Positions 17,054 to 26,315 of a stretch of DNA of 49,531 nt are shown here, piece by piece. Both the position numbers and the translations under genes were made by a program. Position 1 is the first letter of the stretch; each line of letters starts with the position of its first letter. The stretch is from Elusimicrobiota bacterium (GTDB lineage Bacteria; Elusimicrobiota; Elusimicrobia; UBA1565; JACRDR01). The DNA is taken from contig JBGFSC010000017.1 in NCBI GenBank assembly GCA_041694815.1, positions 1 through 49,531 of the forward strand, written 5' to 3'. The notes under the pieces are model-generated. The model searched no databases and was not told the origin of the DNA. It saw only the letters and a program-made list of their open reading frames with translations.

Positions 17054-18760
17054 CTATTTAGGGGCCACCCGTCGCAGAAATTCCTCTATTTCAGCTGCGT
17101 CGCTGGGAGGCGGAGCGCCCTCAAGATAGGCGCGCAGCTGCTCGACGGATTCCCTCACCTTGCCGCGCTTGAAAAGCAGCAGTCCTAGATTGCGTCTTGC
17201 TTCGAGATGAGCCGGATTGCGTTCCAGGACGCGGGCATAGTTGTCCATCGCGTCGCGAGGGCGGCCTTCCCGTTCGGCGATAAGCCCGAGGAAGCAGAGC
17301 GCGTCCATATCGGCGGGATTCCCCAGTTTTTGGAACCAGAGCTTCGCGTTGGCCCAATCCCCCTCCTCGTAGTACGACTTGCCGATATCGTAGACGGCCG
17401 GGGCGAAACCAGGCCGCATTTTTAGGATCTTCCCAAAAAGATCCCTGGCCTCCGCGTGACGTCCCGCCCGAGCCGAAACTACCCCCCGGCACGCGAGGGT
17501 CTTAAGATTGTCCGGCGCGCACGCGGCCATCGATTTGGATAGACTTTCGTTATCCCTCCAAACCCGATTGCGAGCCATGGTGATGGAGGACCAACCCAGC
17601 AAACAAGCGCCCATCATGCCCTTTAGCCAAGAGCGCGCCGTCCACCCGCGCCGGTGCGCGCCGTCCCACGCGGCCGCCACAAAGACGCAGAAGGCGATGG
17701 AGGGAATATACATGATCCGTTCGGCGCCTAGTATTTCCATCGGCATCAGGATGTTTAGCAGCGGCGCCGCCAAGCAGAAGAACAAGAGGATGGAGAAGGC
17801 CGTCGCGGATCGTCTGCTTTTGAAGGCATGGACGGCCCAGGCGATGATGCCCGCGACGGCAAAGGCCGCCGCCCACGCCGCGAGCTCCGTGGCGGCGGCG
17901 TCGGCAAATCCCGGGCGCGAATGATCCGCGCAAAGCCCCAAGCCGGAGGCCATAGGCCATAACCAGCCCCGCCATAGGAACTTGGCCATCGTAAGCCCTA
18001 TCACGAGTCGGGACTGCGTCGAGAAATAAGGTGTCTCGGCGAAGAAAACCGAGCCGAGGACGGCGTCGCGCCAGGCCAAGTAAAGGGCCAATACACCAAA
18101 AACGGAAAGCCAGGTCATTAGGCGTTTGCCGGCTAGCTCGGCGATCGATCCAGGATGTCTGAATATTTCGCCTAGCACCAACGCCGCGGGGAATGCCGCG
18201 GCTGACTCCTTGCTCAGCAGGGCCGCGCCGTAGCAGCTTAGGCCCGCGATGATCTTGGCGGTGGATTTTTGCTGGTGAAGCAGGAGCCAGGCCGCCAGCG
18301 CGAAGGCCGCGGCCAGTATCTCCGCTCGTCCGACCGCCCAGCTGACCGCCTCCACGTGAATCGGGAGCACGGCGAAGGTAAGCGCCCCTAGGCCCGCGGC
18401 TTGCGGAGAGACCCCCAGCAAACCCATCGTAAGGTAGAGAAGGAGGGTCACCACTCCATGAAGGATCACGTTGGCCAAATGGAAATAGAAAGGGTTGCCG
18501 CCGCCCAGCCGCCAGTTGAGAGCGTAGCTCCAAATCGCCAACGGCCTATAGAGGCCGTCTTGAGGCGAGGAGGCGCCTCTCTGCCAATAAGACGAGGCGA
18601 GAATGGCCTTTAAGGACGGCTTGCCGCGCACCAGAGGATTTTCCACGATGATGTGACGATCGTCATAGACGAACCCGCCGAAAAGGCTGTTCAGATAAAC
18701 GCCGCCCGCCACAGCGAAGAGCAGTACGGCGGCCTTACGTTTGTTCTGCAGGGGATTCAG
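17054..18760 (-). CDS. TMTC-like (DUF1736) GT-C membrane glycosyltransferase with C-terminal TPRs (start uncertain)
   Basis: FVYDD...ENP, YRPL, FHLANVILH, PIHVEAVSW..GRAE, LLSKE, AER.MY.PS, RNRVW, followed by TPRs. Confidence 0.8.
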   Translation of the reverse strand: MNPLQNKRKAAVLLFAVAGGVYLNSLFGGFVYDDRHIIVENPLVRGKPSLKAILASSYWQRGASSPQDGLYRPLAIWSYALNWRLGGGNPFYFHLANVILHGVVTLLLYLTMGLLGVSPQAAGLGALTFAVLPIHVEAVSWAVGRAEILAAAFALAAWLLLHQQKSTAKIIAGLSCYGAALLSKESAAAFPAALVLGEIFRHPGSIAELAGKRLMTWLSVFGVLALYLAWRDAVLGSVFFAETPYFSTQSRLVIGLTMAKFLWRGWLWPMASGLGLCADHSRPGFADAAATELAAWAAAFAVAGIIAWAVHAFKSRRSATAFSILLFFCLAAPLLNILMPMEILGAERIMYIPSIAFCVFVAAAWDGAHRRGWTARSWLKGMMGACLLGWSSITMARNRVWRDNESLSKSMAACAPDNLKTLACRGVVSARAGRHAEARDLFGKILKMRPGFAPAVYDIGKSYYEEGDWANAKLWFQKLGNPADMDALCFLGLIAEREGRPRDAMDNYARVLERNPAHLEARRNLGLLLFKRGKVRESVEQLRAYLEGAPPPSDAAEIEEFLRRVAPK

Positions 18761-19440
18761 CGTTTTTCCAAGTAAAGGGCTTCGTAGAGCGTCGCGGCCA
18801 AGGCCGCTCCAGATAGAGGACCGATCCAATAGACGTACCACTGATGCCATTGGCCCGCCGCTATCGAGGGGCCGAAGGCGCGCGCGGGGTTGAGGGCCGC
18901 GCCGGTCAGGGGGTATGCGGAGAGCACCGCCGCCGCGATCACCGCTCCGACGGCCAGGCCGGGCGGATTCCCGCTCGAATGGATCGACGAGGAGTAGAAC
19001 ACCATCGTCAACGAGAAGGTGAGCACGCATTCGATCAGGGTGCCGGCCTTAAACCCCGCGCTGCCGCCGCAGGAGCCGAGGAACGCGCCGGCGCTGACGA
19101 CGGATGGGAAGTCGTGCAGCACCGCCCGCAGGAGGATGGCCGCCAAGCTCGCGCCGAGCAGCTGGGCGACGACATAGAGCGTTCCTTTGATCCAGTCGAG
19201 GCGTCCGTGGACGGCCAGGGCGAGCGTGATCGCCGGGTTGAAGTGCGCCCCAGAGACTCGGGAATAGGCCTGTGTCATCGCGCACGCCGCCCCCGCGTAG
19301 GCCAGCGCGATGCCGACTAATCCCACCCGGCCCCCGGAGAGGGAGTCCATGCACACCGCCGCCGCGGCCGCGAAGACCAAGGCGAAGGTGCCGATAAACT
19401 CAGCGAGAATGGCCTTCAGGTGTCCCGCCATGTCTGACAC
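18757..19440 (-). CDS. Aquaporin / MIP channel
   Basis: AEFIGTF, SGAHFNPA, LNPARAFGP, WYVYWIGP. Confidence 0.95.
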   Translation of the reverse strand: MSDMAGHLKAILAEFIGTFALVFAAAAAVCMDSLSGGRVGLVGIALAYAGAACAMTQAYSRVSGAHFNPAITLALAVHGRLDWIKGTLYVVAQLLGASLAAILLRAVLHDFPSVVSAGAFLGSCGGSAGFKAGTLIECVLTFSLTMVFYSSSIHSSGNPPGLAVGAVIAAAVLSAYPLTGAALNPARAFGPSIAAGQWHQWYVYWIGPLSGAALAATLYEALYLEKR

Positions 19441-19449
19441 CGTATGCTA

Positions 19450-20919
19450 CTAAATCCGGAGACGCCGGATGAAAGCGATGGCCGAGGGTCGGTCTCTCAC
19501 GCGGCCCATGGCCTGGGCCTCCTCAAGCTTGGCTAAGGCCTTGCCTACCGCCGGTCCCGGGGCGAGGCCCAGGGCCTTCATCACCGCGTGACCGTCGAGG
19601 AGGCGGGGCGGGCGGACGATCTGGCGCTTCCGGAAGAAGCTTTTAAGCAGGAAGGAGACGACCTGCAAGTGCCGGAGGGTCTTCTCCGGATCCGTCTCGG
19701 ACGGCCGCGCCGCCGAAGGGGCGCGGCGGGCGCGGGCGAGGAGCTTGCGCACGAGCGGCAGCGGGAGATAGCTCGCATGATCGGCCCAGCAGACGAGTAG
19801 CAGCGCCACGCCGTGCTCTCCCAGCTCCCGGAAGAAACGATAGACGGCCTTGGGAGAGATATTGGCGTTGTGCGCCAGATTGCCGGGCCTAAGATGGTGG
19901 AGGATGCATACGGCGATCCTCTCGACCTCGGCGGTCGAAAAGCGGAGCCTTTCGAGGCGGCGCCGGCCCATGCTGGCTCCGCGCTCGTCATGTCCGAAAA
20001 AGCGAAGGCGGCCTCCCCGGCGGCGCGCGGTCGCGGGCTTGGCGACATCGTGGAGCAGCACGGCCAGGCGAAGCAAGGCCTCGGGGGAGGCGCTCCATCG
20101 GCCGAGATGGGCGCGGATTTCTTCCTGGAGCTCGGGGTAGACGGAACCCAGGTGCTCAAGCAGGAAATCCATGCGGGCGACGGCGTCGAGGGAATGCCGT
20201 AGCACCCCGCCGCGGCCGTAATAAGACAGGGCGCAGCGGCGCGAGGCCTCCAGCTCCGGCAGCACGGCGGTCAAGAGCCCCGCGGCGTCCATGCGTTCGA
20301 GCCAAGGCGCCGCGGGGCCCGCGGCGAGGAGGCCGAGCAGCTCCGCGCGCAGCCGTTCCGCCGAGCAGCGCAGGATCAGCCGCCTGCGGGCGCGGATATG
20401 CTTTAAGGTGTCCTTATCGATCTTCAGTCCCAACTCGGCGGCGATGCGGAAGGCTCTGAGCATGCGCAGCGGGTCCTCGCGGAAAACCTCGGGATCATCG
20501 GCGCGAAGCCGGGCGGCCTTAAGGTCGCGCAAGCCATCCCGAGGATCGATGAGATCCCCGAGCCGGCCGTCCGGCCGTAACGGGGCGGCCATGGCGTTGC
20601 AGGTGAAATCCCTTCGGGCCAGGTCCGCGAGGATACCGGGGCCTTGCAGCTGGGCCACGTCGATTTGACGGCCTCCGGGTCCAAGGGCGATGCGATACAC
20701 GCGGGTGGACTCGTCGAGGGTCACCAGCGTGCCGCCTACGAGGCGGGCTAGGCGTTCGGCGTATCCGTGGGCATTCTCCGCGCAGGCGAGATCCAAGTCC
20801 CGGCAGCGACGGCCCAGCAGACAATCCCGCAGGGCTCCTCCTACCACGTATAGAGGGCCGTCCGCGGCGCTGGCGGCCTGCCGCAGGGTGTCGCGATGGG
20901 GGCGCAGTGCGGACTCTAT
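19450..20919 (-). CDS. cca: Class II nucleotidyltransferase (CCA-adding/poly(A) polymerase family) with HD domain; start uncertain
   Basis: LYVVGGALRD, DLD, DLARRDFTCNAMA, EDPLRMLR, ERLRAEL, H...LLHDVAKP, F.GHD. Confidence 0.85.
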   Translation of the reverse strand: MESALRPHRDTLRQAASAADGPLYVVGGALRDCLLGRRCRDLDLACAENAHGYAERLARLVGGTLVTLDESTRVYRIALGPGGRQIDVAQLQGPGILADLARRDFTCNAMAAPLRPDGRLGDLIDPRDGLRDLKAARLRADDPEVFREDPLRMLRAFRIAAELGLKIDKDTLKHIRARRRLILRCSAERLRAELLGLLAAGPAAPWLERMDAAGLLTAVLPELEASRRCALSYYGRGGVLRHSLDAVARMDFLLEHLGSVYPELQEEIRAHLGRWSASPEALLRLAVLLHDVAKPATARRRGGRLRFFGHDERGASMGRRRLERLRFSTAEVERIAVCILHHLRPGNLAHNANISPKAVYRFFRELGEHGVALLLVCWADHASYLPLPLVRKLLARARRAPSAARPSETDPEKTLRHLQVVSFLLKSFFRKRQIVRPPRLLDGHAVMKALGLAPGPAVGKALAKLEEAQAMGRVRDRPSAIAFIRRLRI

Positions 20920-22532
20920 CTTCTCTTTTGGATCTCTTGTTGCCGTAGTTCCCTTTTGAGCACCTTTTGGAGCGCGTTCTTCGGCAGGGCCTGCACGATT
21001 TCGATGTCGCGCGGGCGTTTATAGGGATCGAGCTTCTCCCGGCAGAACTGCTGCAGCGCGGCCTTGTCCGCCGCCGCGCCCTGCTTGAGGACGATGAAGG
21101 CCTTGATCGTCTCGTCGCCCCCCTCGTCCGGAATGCCCACGACCGCGACTTCCTCCACGGCGGGATGCGAGGCGATGATTCCTTCGAGCTGGGCGGAGAA
21201 AACCTTCAGTCCCTTGATAATGATCATGTCCTTCTTGCGGTCGCGCAGGTAGAGGTAGCCTTCCTCATCGAGCACGCCGATGTCCCCGGACTTAAACCAG
21301 CCGTCCCGGGTGAAAGACTCCCGCGTGGCGTCGGGCAGCTGGTGGTAGCCCTTCATGATGTTGTGGCCGCGGATGCAGACCTCTCCCTCGGAGCCGACGG
21401 GCAGCGTTTTCTCGTCGTCCGAGATGATCTTGAGCTCGACGCCCTCGATCGGGCGGCCGACGCTACCGGGTCGCGGGCGATCAGGGGTATTCAAGGTCGC
21501 CACGGGGCTCGTTTCGGTCAAGCCGTAGCCCTCCAGGATCGCTACCCCCATCGCCTTGCGGAACGTCTCGGCGGTTTCTTTTGACAAGGGCGCCGCACCG
21601 CTGCCGCAGATTTTCACCTTCCGGAAGAACCAGTACTTGAGTACTAGCCCCGCAACGCCCTTGATCTCACGGGCGAGCACTGAGTAGATCGGTGGCACGG
21701 CGCAGAAGACGGTTACCCCGTGACGCCCCATCAGTTTGAGCCATGGTTTCGCCGGAGTCACGGAGGGCGAGATGACGTTCTTGGCGCCGATGCGCAGCGG
21801 CAGCAGCACGTTCAAGCACCACGCGAAGGCGTGGAACATGGGTAGGATGCAGAGGCACACTTCGCGATCGCCGAGGCGCAGGGCCTTGAGGGTGGCGTCC
21901 GAATTGGCCATCAGGTTGAAATGGGTCAGCATTACTCCTTTAGGGGAGCCGGTGGTCCCGGAGGTGTAGAGTATGGTAGCGACGTCGGAAGCCGTGGCCG
22001 GGCTATGCGCCGGCAGTCGGGCCGGGTCGCCGGCGTCGAAAAAGGATCTCAGGTCCTCCGCGCCGCGGGCCTCGTCCGCGCCATCGGCGCACCAAAGTGA
22101 CTTTAGCCGCGGCAGGGAGGCCTTGGCGGCGACGATGCCCTTGAGGAACTCCTTCTGGGTCACCACGCCCACGGCCCCGCAATCGTTGAGCATGTAGCGG
22201 AGCTCCTCCGGCTTCTGCACCATGAAATTGATCGGCACCGCCGTCGCCCCGAGCCGTACGAGGCCGAAATAGGAAACGACGAAATCGATGCTGTTGCGCA
22301 GGACGATCGAGACGCAGTCGCCCCGTTGGATTCCCCGCGCCGCGAAGGCCGCCGCCGCCCGCGCCACACGGTCCTTGAGGCCGGCGAAATCGAGCTCTTC
22401 GTCCGCGGTGACGAGGGCAGGGCGCCGGGGAAAGCGGGCGGCGGTTTCGTCGAGCAGGGCGTTGAGCGTTAGTCGGGGGTTGGGCGGGTTTTGGGCTGGC
22501 GCGAGGTTTGGTTCGGTGTCTAAGGTCATCAT
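20916..22532 (-). CDS. fadD: Long-chain fatty-acid--CoA ligase
   Basis: YTSGTTGSPKG, EGYGLTET, GWFKSGD, DRKKD, LPKN...K; GGAG SD before ATG 22532. Confidence 0.88.
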   Translation of the reverse strand: MMTLDTEPNLAPAQNPPNPRLTLNALLDETAARFPRRPALVTADEELDFAGLKDRVARAAAAFAARGIQRGDCVSIVLRNSIDFVVSYFGLVRLGATAVPINFMVQKPEELRYMLNDCGAVGVVTQKEFLKGIVAAKASLPRLKSLWCADGADEARGAEDLRSFFDAGDPARLPAHSPATASDVATILYTSGTTGSPKGVMLTHFNLMANSDATLKALRLGDREVCLCILPMFHAFAWCLNVLLPLRIGAKNVISPSVTPAKPWLKLMGRHGVTVFCAVPPIYSVLAREIKGVAGLVLKYWFFRKVKICGSGAAPLSKETAETFRKAMGVAILEGYGLTETSPVATLNTPDRPRPGSVGRPIEGVELKIISDDEKTLPVGSEGEVCIRGHNIMKGYHQLPDATRESFTRDGWFKSGDIGVLDEEGYLYLRDRKKDMIIIKGLKVFSAQLEGIIASHPAVEEVAVVGIPDEGGDETIKAFIVLKQGAAADKAALQQFCREKLDPYKRPRDIEIVQALPKNALQKVLKRELRQQEIQKRR

Positions 22533-22554
22533 GGTATCTCCCATAAAAATATTT

Positions 22555-22612
22555 AACGGCGGCTTTTACGCGCCTCGGGAACGTGACTTCGCTGCGCGCC
22601 GCCGACCGCGCA
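22555..22612 (+). repeat. Family A intergenic hairpin element (partial copy)
   Basis: AACGGCGGCTTTTACGCGCCTCGGGAACGTGACTTCGC matches the copies at 49349, 49449 and 40495 (reverse strand). Confidence 0.8.
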
Positions 22613-22617
22613 CGTTA

Positions 22618-23490
22618 TCATTTTTGGCGCGGGTCGAGAATATCCCGGAAGGCATCCCCCAGCAGGTTCCAGCCCAGCACGAAAAGGAAGATCGCCGAGC
22701 CCGGGATCAGGACCGTGTGCCAGTATTCGAAGGGATTTCCCGAGGAGCCCAGGATCCAGTTGCGCGACAGCGAGATCAATTGCCCCCAGTCGGCGTAGCC
22801 CACCGGCGAGCCCAGCCCCAGGAAGCTCAGGGCGGCTGCGGTGATCACGATGCGGCCCATGCTCAGCGAGGCGAGCACGATCAGGGGATAGACGCAGTTG
22901 GGCAGGATGTGCCGGCAGAGGATGCGCGCGTCGCTGGCTCCTAGCGCGCGGGCGGCCAGGACGAATTCGCGTTCCTTGACGGAGAGGACGTCGGCGCGCA
23001 GCAGGCGCGCGTAGGACGGCCACGATACCAAGGTCACCGCGATCATCACCTTGAACAGGCCGGGGCCCAGCACCGAGACGATGACGACCGACAGTACGAT
23101 GTCGGGGAAGGCCAGCACGACGTCGGTCATGCGCATGAGGGCTTCGTCCACCCAACGCCCGTAAAACCCGGACAGCGCGCCGACGAGTATCCCAATGGCC
23201 AGCGAGATGAGCACCACCGAGAGGGCCACCTTGAAGGAGGTGCGCGTCCCCCAGACCATCCCGTAATAAAGGTCGTATTGTTGTTCGGTCGTGCCGAGCC
23301 AGTGCCGGCTCGAGGGTCGTTCCGGCTCCGCACGGTAGCCGTCCTGGGGGATCAGGTACGGGTCGCGGGCGCCCGCCCCTGGACGGGCGATGAACGGGGC
23401 GAATATCGCTACGGCGGCGAAGGCCGACAGCAGGCCCAGTCCCAACAGCGACATGGGTTTGCGCCGGAGCGTCTTAAAGAGCGCCTTCAC
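22618..23490 (-). CDS. oppC: Peptide ABC transporter permease (OppC/DppC)
   Basis: HWLGT, G.R.S, WP.YARL.R, EFVLAARALGAS, HILPN, LSFLGLG, GDAFRDILDP; GTGA overlap with oppB. Confidence 0.9.
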   Translation of the reverse strand: MKALFKTLRRKPMSLLGLGLLSAFAAVAIFAPFIARPGAGARDPYLIPQDGYRAEPERPSSRHWLGTTEQQYDLYYGMVWGTRTSFKVALSVVLISLAIGILVGALSGFYGRWVDEALMRMTDVVLAFPDIVLSVVIVSVLGPGLFKVMIAVTLVSWPSYARLLRADVLSVKEREFVLAARALGASDARILCRHILPNCVYPLIVLASLSMGRIVITAAALSFLGLGSPVGYADWGQLISLSRNWILGSSGNPFEYWHTVLIPGSAIFLFVLGWNLLGDAFRDILDPRQK

Positions 23491-24512
23491 CGGATCCGCA
23501 CCCGGGGGTCGACGAAGGCGTAGAGGATGTCGGAGGCGAGATTGGCCAGCACGAACAGGGTGGCGGAAAGCAGGGATTGTCCGATCACGCCCGGGATGTC
23601 GAGCTGTTGGGCGGCATTGACCCCCCAGCGGCCGATGCCCGGGAAGTCGAAAACCGTCTCCGTGATGACGACTCCGCCCAACAGGCTCACGAAGAGCAGG
23701 CTCGAGAGGGTGATGACGGGGATCAAGGCGTTCTTGCGGGCGTGCCGATGGATGACCGCGCCCTCGGGCAGGCCCTTGGCCCTCGCCGTCCGGACATAGT
23801 CCTTGCCCAGCTCCTCGAGCATCGAGGAGCGCGTGATCCGCAAGAGCAGCGCCAGGCTGATGTAGGTCAGCGTGGCCGCCGGTAGCAGCAGGTGCCCGAG
23901 CACGTCCGCCAGCGCGCCCCATTGCCCGTTGAGCGCGGCGTCGAGCGAGAGAAAGCCGGTAAAATGCGTGAATCCCTCCGAATGGACGAGCAGGTCCACC
24001 TCCAGGCAATAGCGGCCCGGCGGCAATATCTTGAAGCGCCCGTAGAAAACCATAAGCAGCAGGAGGCCCAGGACGAAGGAGGGAAGCGAGTAGCCGGTGA
24101 TCGCGATGAAACGCGAGAGATGGTCGGTCCAGCGGTCCTTGCGCACGGCCGACAGCGTGCCCAGCCATACGCCGATGACGAGAATGGGAATGAACGCCGC
24201 CGCGGTCAATTCGAGGGTGGCGGGAAAGAACGCGCGGATGGCGTCGGCGACGGGCATCTTGGCCGTCTCGGAATAGCCCAGATCACCGCGCAGCACCTGG
24301 CCCAACCACGCGGCGTACTGGACGGGGATGGGGTCCCGGAGATGGTATTTTTGGATTACCGACTCGAGTGCCGCCAGTTGCCGGGGGTCCTTCACGTATA
24401 GCGCGGCGCGCATCTCCGGCGACAAGAATTGGAGCAGCGCGAACAGCAGAGCCGTGACCCCGAGCATCACCAAGGGAAGCAGCGCGAGGCGCCGGAGTAC
24501 GAAGCGGGTCAT
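23487..24512 (-). CDS. oppB: Peptide ABC transporter permease (OppB/DppB)
   Basis: F..RRL, GDLG.S, PATLEL, DYVRTARAKGL, HA.KNALIP, ETVF..PGIG, DPRVR. Confidence 0.92.
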   Translation of the reverse strand: MTRFVLRRLALLPLVMLGVTALLFALLQFLSPEMRAALYVKDPRQLAALESVIQKYHLRDPIPVQYAAWLGQVLRGDLGYSETAKMPVADAIRAFFPATLELTAAAFIPILVIGVWLGTLSAVRKDRWTDHLSRFIAITGYSLPSFVLGLLLLMVFYGRFKILPPGRYCLEVDLLVHSEGFTHFTGFLSLDAALNGQWGALADVLGHLLLPAATLTYISLALLLRITRSSMLEELGKDYVRTARAKGLPEGAVIHRHARKNALIPVITLSSLLFVSLLGGVVITETVFDFPGIGRWGVNAAQQLDIPGVIGQSLLSATLFVLANLASDILYAFVDPRVRIR

Positions 24513-24563
24513 GTCACTCGCCTTCCCCACGGGGAGGCGAGTAGCGTGGGGGGCAGCCGTCGT

Positions 24564-26315
24564 TTACTGCTGTTTCCATAGCGTATAGAAATACCCTCCC
24601 CAGGGAGAGTCTGGGAACACCGGGTTGTGATAGAAGCCCCTGACCCAACTGCGCTGGGCGCGGTAGCGCACGCTCTCCGAGATCAGCAAATGGGGGACGT
24701 CCTCCGCCTCGATCTCGACGAGCCGGGCGTAGATAGCGCGGCGCTTGGCGGCGTCGTGCTCGGACTTGGCGGCGTCGATGAGCCGGTCCGCGGCCGGATT
24801 GCCGTAGCCCTGGATGGTGGGATAATCCCCTTTGGAATGCATGAGCGGGAAGGCGAAGCTGTGCGGATCCGGGTAGTCCGCGTGCCAACCCATGATGAAG
24901 ATGGGAAGCTTGCCGGCTTGGTAGGCGTCTAGGAAGGCCGGCCACTCGACCGGTCGCACGTCGATCTGGAACTTAGGGTTCAAGCTCTCGATGTTGCGCT
25001 TGAGGATCTGGCATAGCGTTTGGCGCGCCCCGTTGCCGGCGTTGTAGGTTAAGGTGAAGCGGAAGCCGGTCTCCCAGACCCTGCCTCCCCACGCGCGGCG
25101 CAGGTGGCGCTCGGCCCGGGCCAAGTCGAAAGCATAGGCGGCCCGCCCCGCGGGGTGGAAGGCGGCGAGCGTCTTGGGAACGCAGCCGGTGGCCCGGGTG
25201 GCGCGGCCGCGGTAGACGTCGCGTATGTAGCCCTCGTAGTCGAAGGAGTGGGCGAAGGCGAGCCGCAGGTCCTTGTCGGTGAAGAAGTCCGGAGGGACGC
25301 CGCGCCCGTCGAACTTCCCGCTGCCGACGTACGGGTTGCCCGCCGTCTTAATTTGGAAAGTAAAAAAGGCGATGGGGTTCATGTCGATGAGCGGGAGGTT
25401 GTCGATGATGTCGACGCCGGGTATGCCGACGAGCTCCGAATAGACCATGGGATCGGCGTAGATCGCGTCGGCATCGCCGGCCTGGAGCATCAGCTTTCGC
25501 GTCCCGAATTCGTTGACGCCCTTGACGATCACGCGTTTGAGCTTGGCCGGCCCGCGCCAGTATTTTTCATGGCGCCCCAGTACGAACTCCTTATTCTTCC
25601 GGTCCCAACGTTCGAGTTGGAAGGGGCCGGTGCCGTTGGCGCGGGTGAAAAAGGGAGAGCTGTTCTTGCTCGGGTTGTTGAAGCGCGTCCAACTGGCCTC
25701 GGTGCCGTCCCAATCGCCGTTCTTGATCGCCCAGGCCTTGGAGACGATCGGAGCCCATGAGGCGAGGATCGACAAGAGAGGCGCGCTAGGCGCGCGCAGG
25801 CGCAGCACTAGGGAGCCGTCACTGACTCCGACCGCGCGTTCGGCAGCCCGGTAGGCGTCGGCGTTCAGGCGTCCGGAGGCGTCGCGCGTCGAGGGAAAGC
25901 CGAGCAAGGGGTCGAGCAGTAGGGACGAGGGGCCGCCCGCGCGGTCCTGCAGCATGAAGCGCATGATCGAATAGCGGACGTCCTCGGGCGTCAATGGGGT
26001 CCCGTCGTGGAACAGGATGCCCTTGCGGATCGGTATGGTGTAGGTCTTGCCGTCGGCCGAGATCAACCCGTTTCCCCGGGTCGGGACTCTCTCCGCCACC
26101 AAGGGGATCAGTTTGTCGGTCGAATCCTTGTCGTAGAAAAACAGCGGCTCGTAGATATTGAGCAGGATCATGTGGCTGGCCGTGTCGTAGGCCCACGCCG
26201 GGTCAAGGCTATCGGCGTCCGAGATGGTCAAATACGTATAGGTGTCCGGGTTCTTGACCAAGGAGCGGGCCGGGGCGGGCATCAAGAGGAGAAGGCAGAG
26301 GGCCGCCGATCTCAT
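24564..26315 (-). CDS. oppA: Peptide ABC transporter substrate-binding protein (family 5), copy 2
   Basis: Signal peptide MRSAALCLLLL, SLDPA, YEPL, FHDGTPLT.EDV.YS, GTGPF, GW..DYPDP; AAGGAGG SD and ATGA overlap. Confidence 0.92.
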   Translation of the reverse strand: MRSAALCLLLLMPAPARSLVKNPDTYTYLTISDADSLDPAWAYDTASHMILLNIYEPLFFYDKDSTDKLIPLVAERVPTRGNGLISADGKTYTIPIRKGILFHDGTPLTPEDVRYSIMRFMLQDRAGGPSSLLLDPLLGFPSTRDASGRLNADAYRAAERAVGVSDGSLVLRLRAPSAPLLSILASWAPIVSKAWAIKNGDWDGTEASWTRFNNPSKNSSPFFTRANGTGPFQLERWDRKNKEFVLGRHEKYWRGPAKLKRVIVKGVNEFGTRKLMLQAGDADAIYADPMVYSELVGIPGVDIIDNLPLIDMNPIAFFTFQIKTAGNPYVGSGKFDGRGVPPDFFTDKDLRLAFAHSFDYEGYIRDVYRGRATRATGCVPKTLAAFHPAGRAAYAFDLARAERHLRRAWGGRVWETGFRFTLTYNAGNGARQTLCQILKRNIESLNPKFQIDVRPVEWPAFLDAYQAGKLPIFIMGWHADYPDPHSFAFPLMHSKGDYPTIQGYGNPAADRLIDAAKSEHDAAKRRAIYARLVEIEAEDVPHLLISESVRYRAQRSWVRGFYHNPVFPDSPWGGYFYTLWKQQ

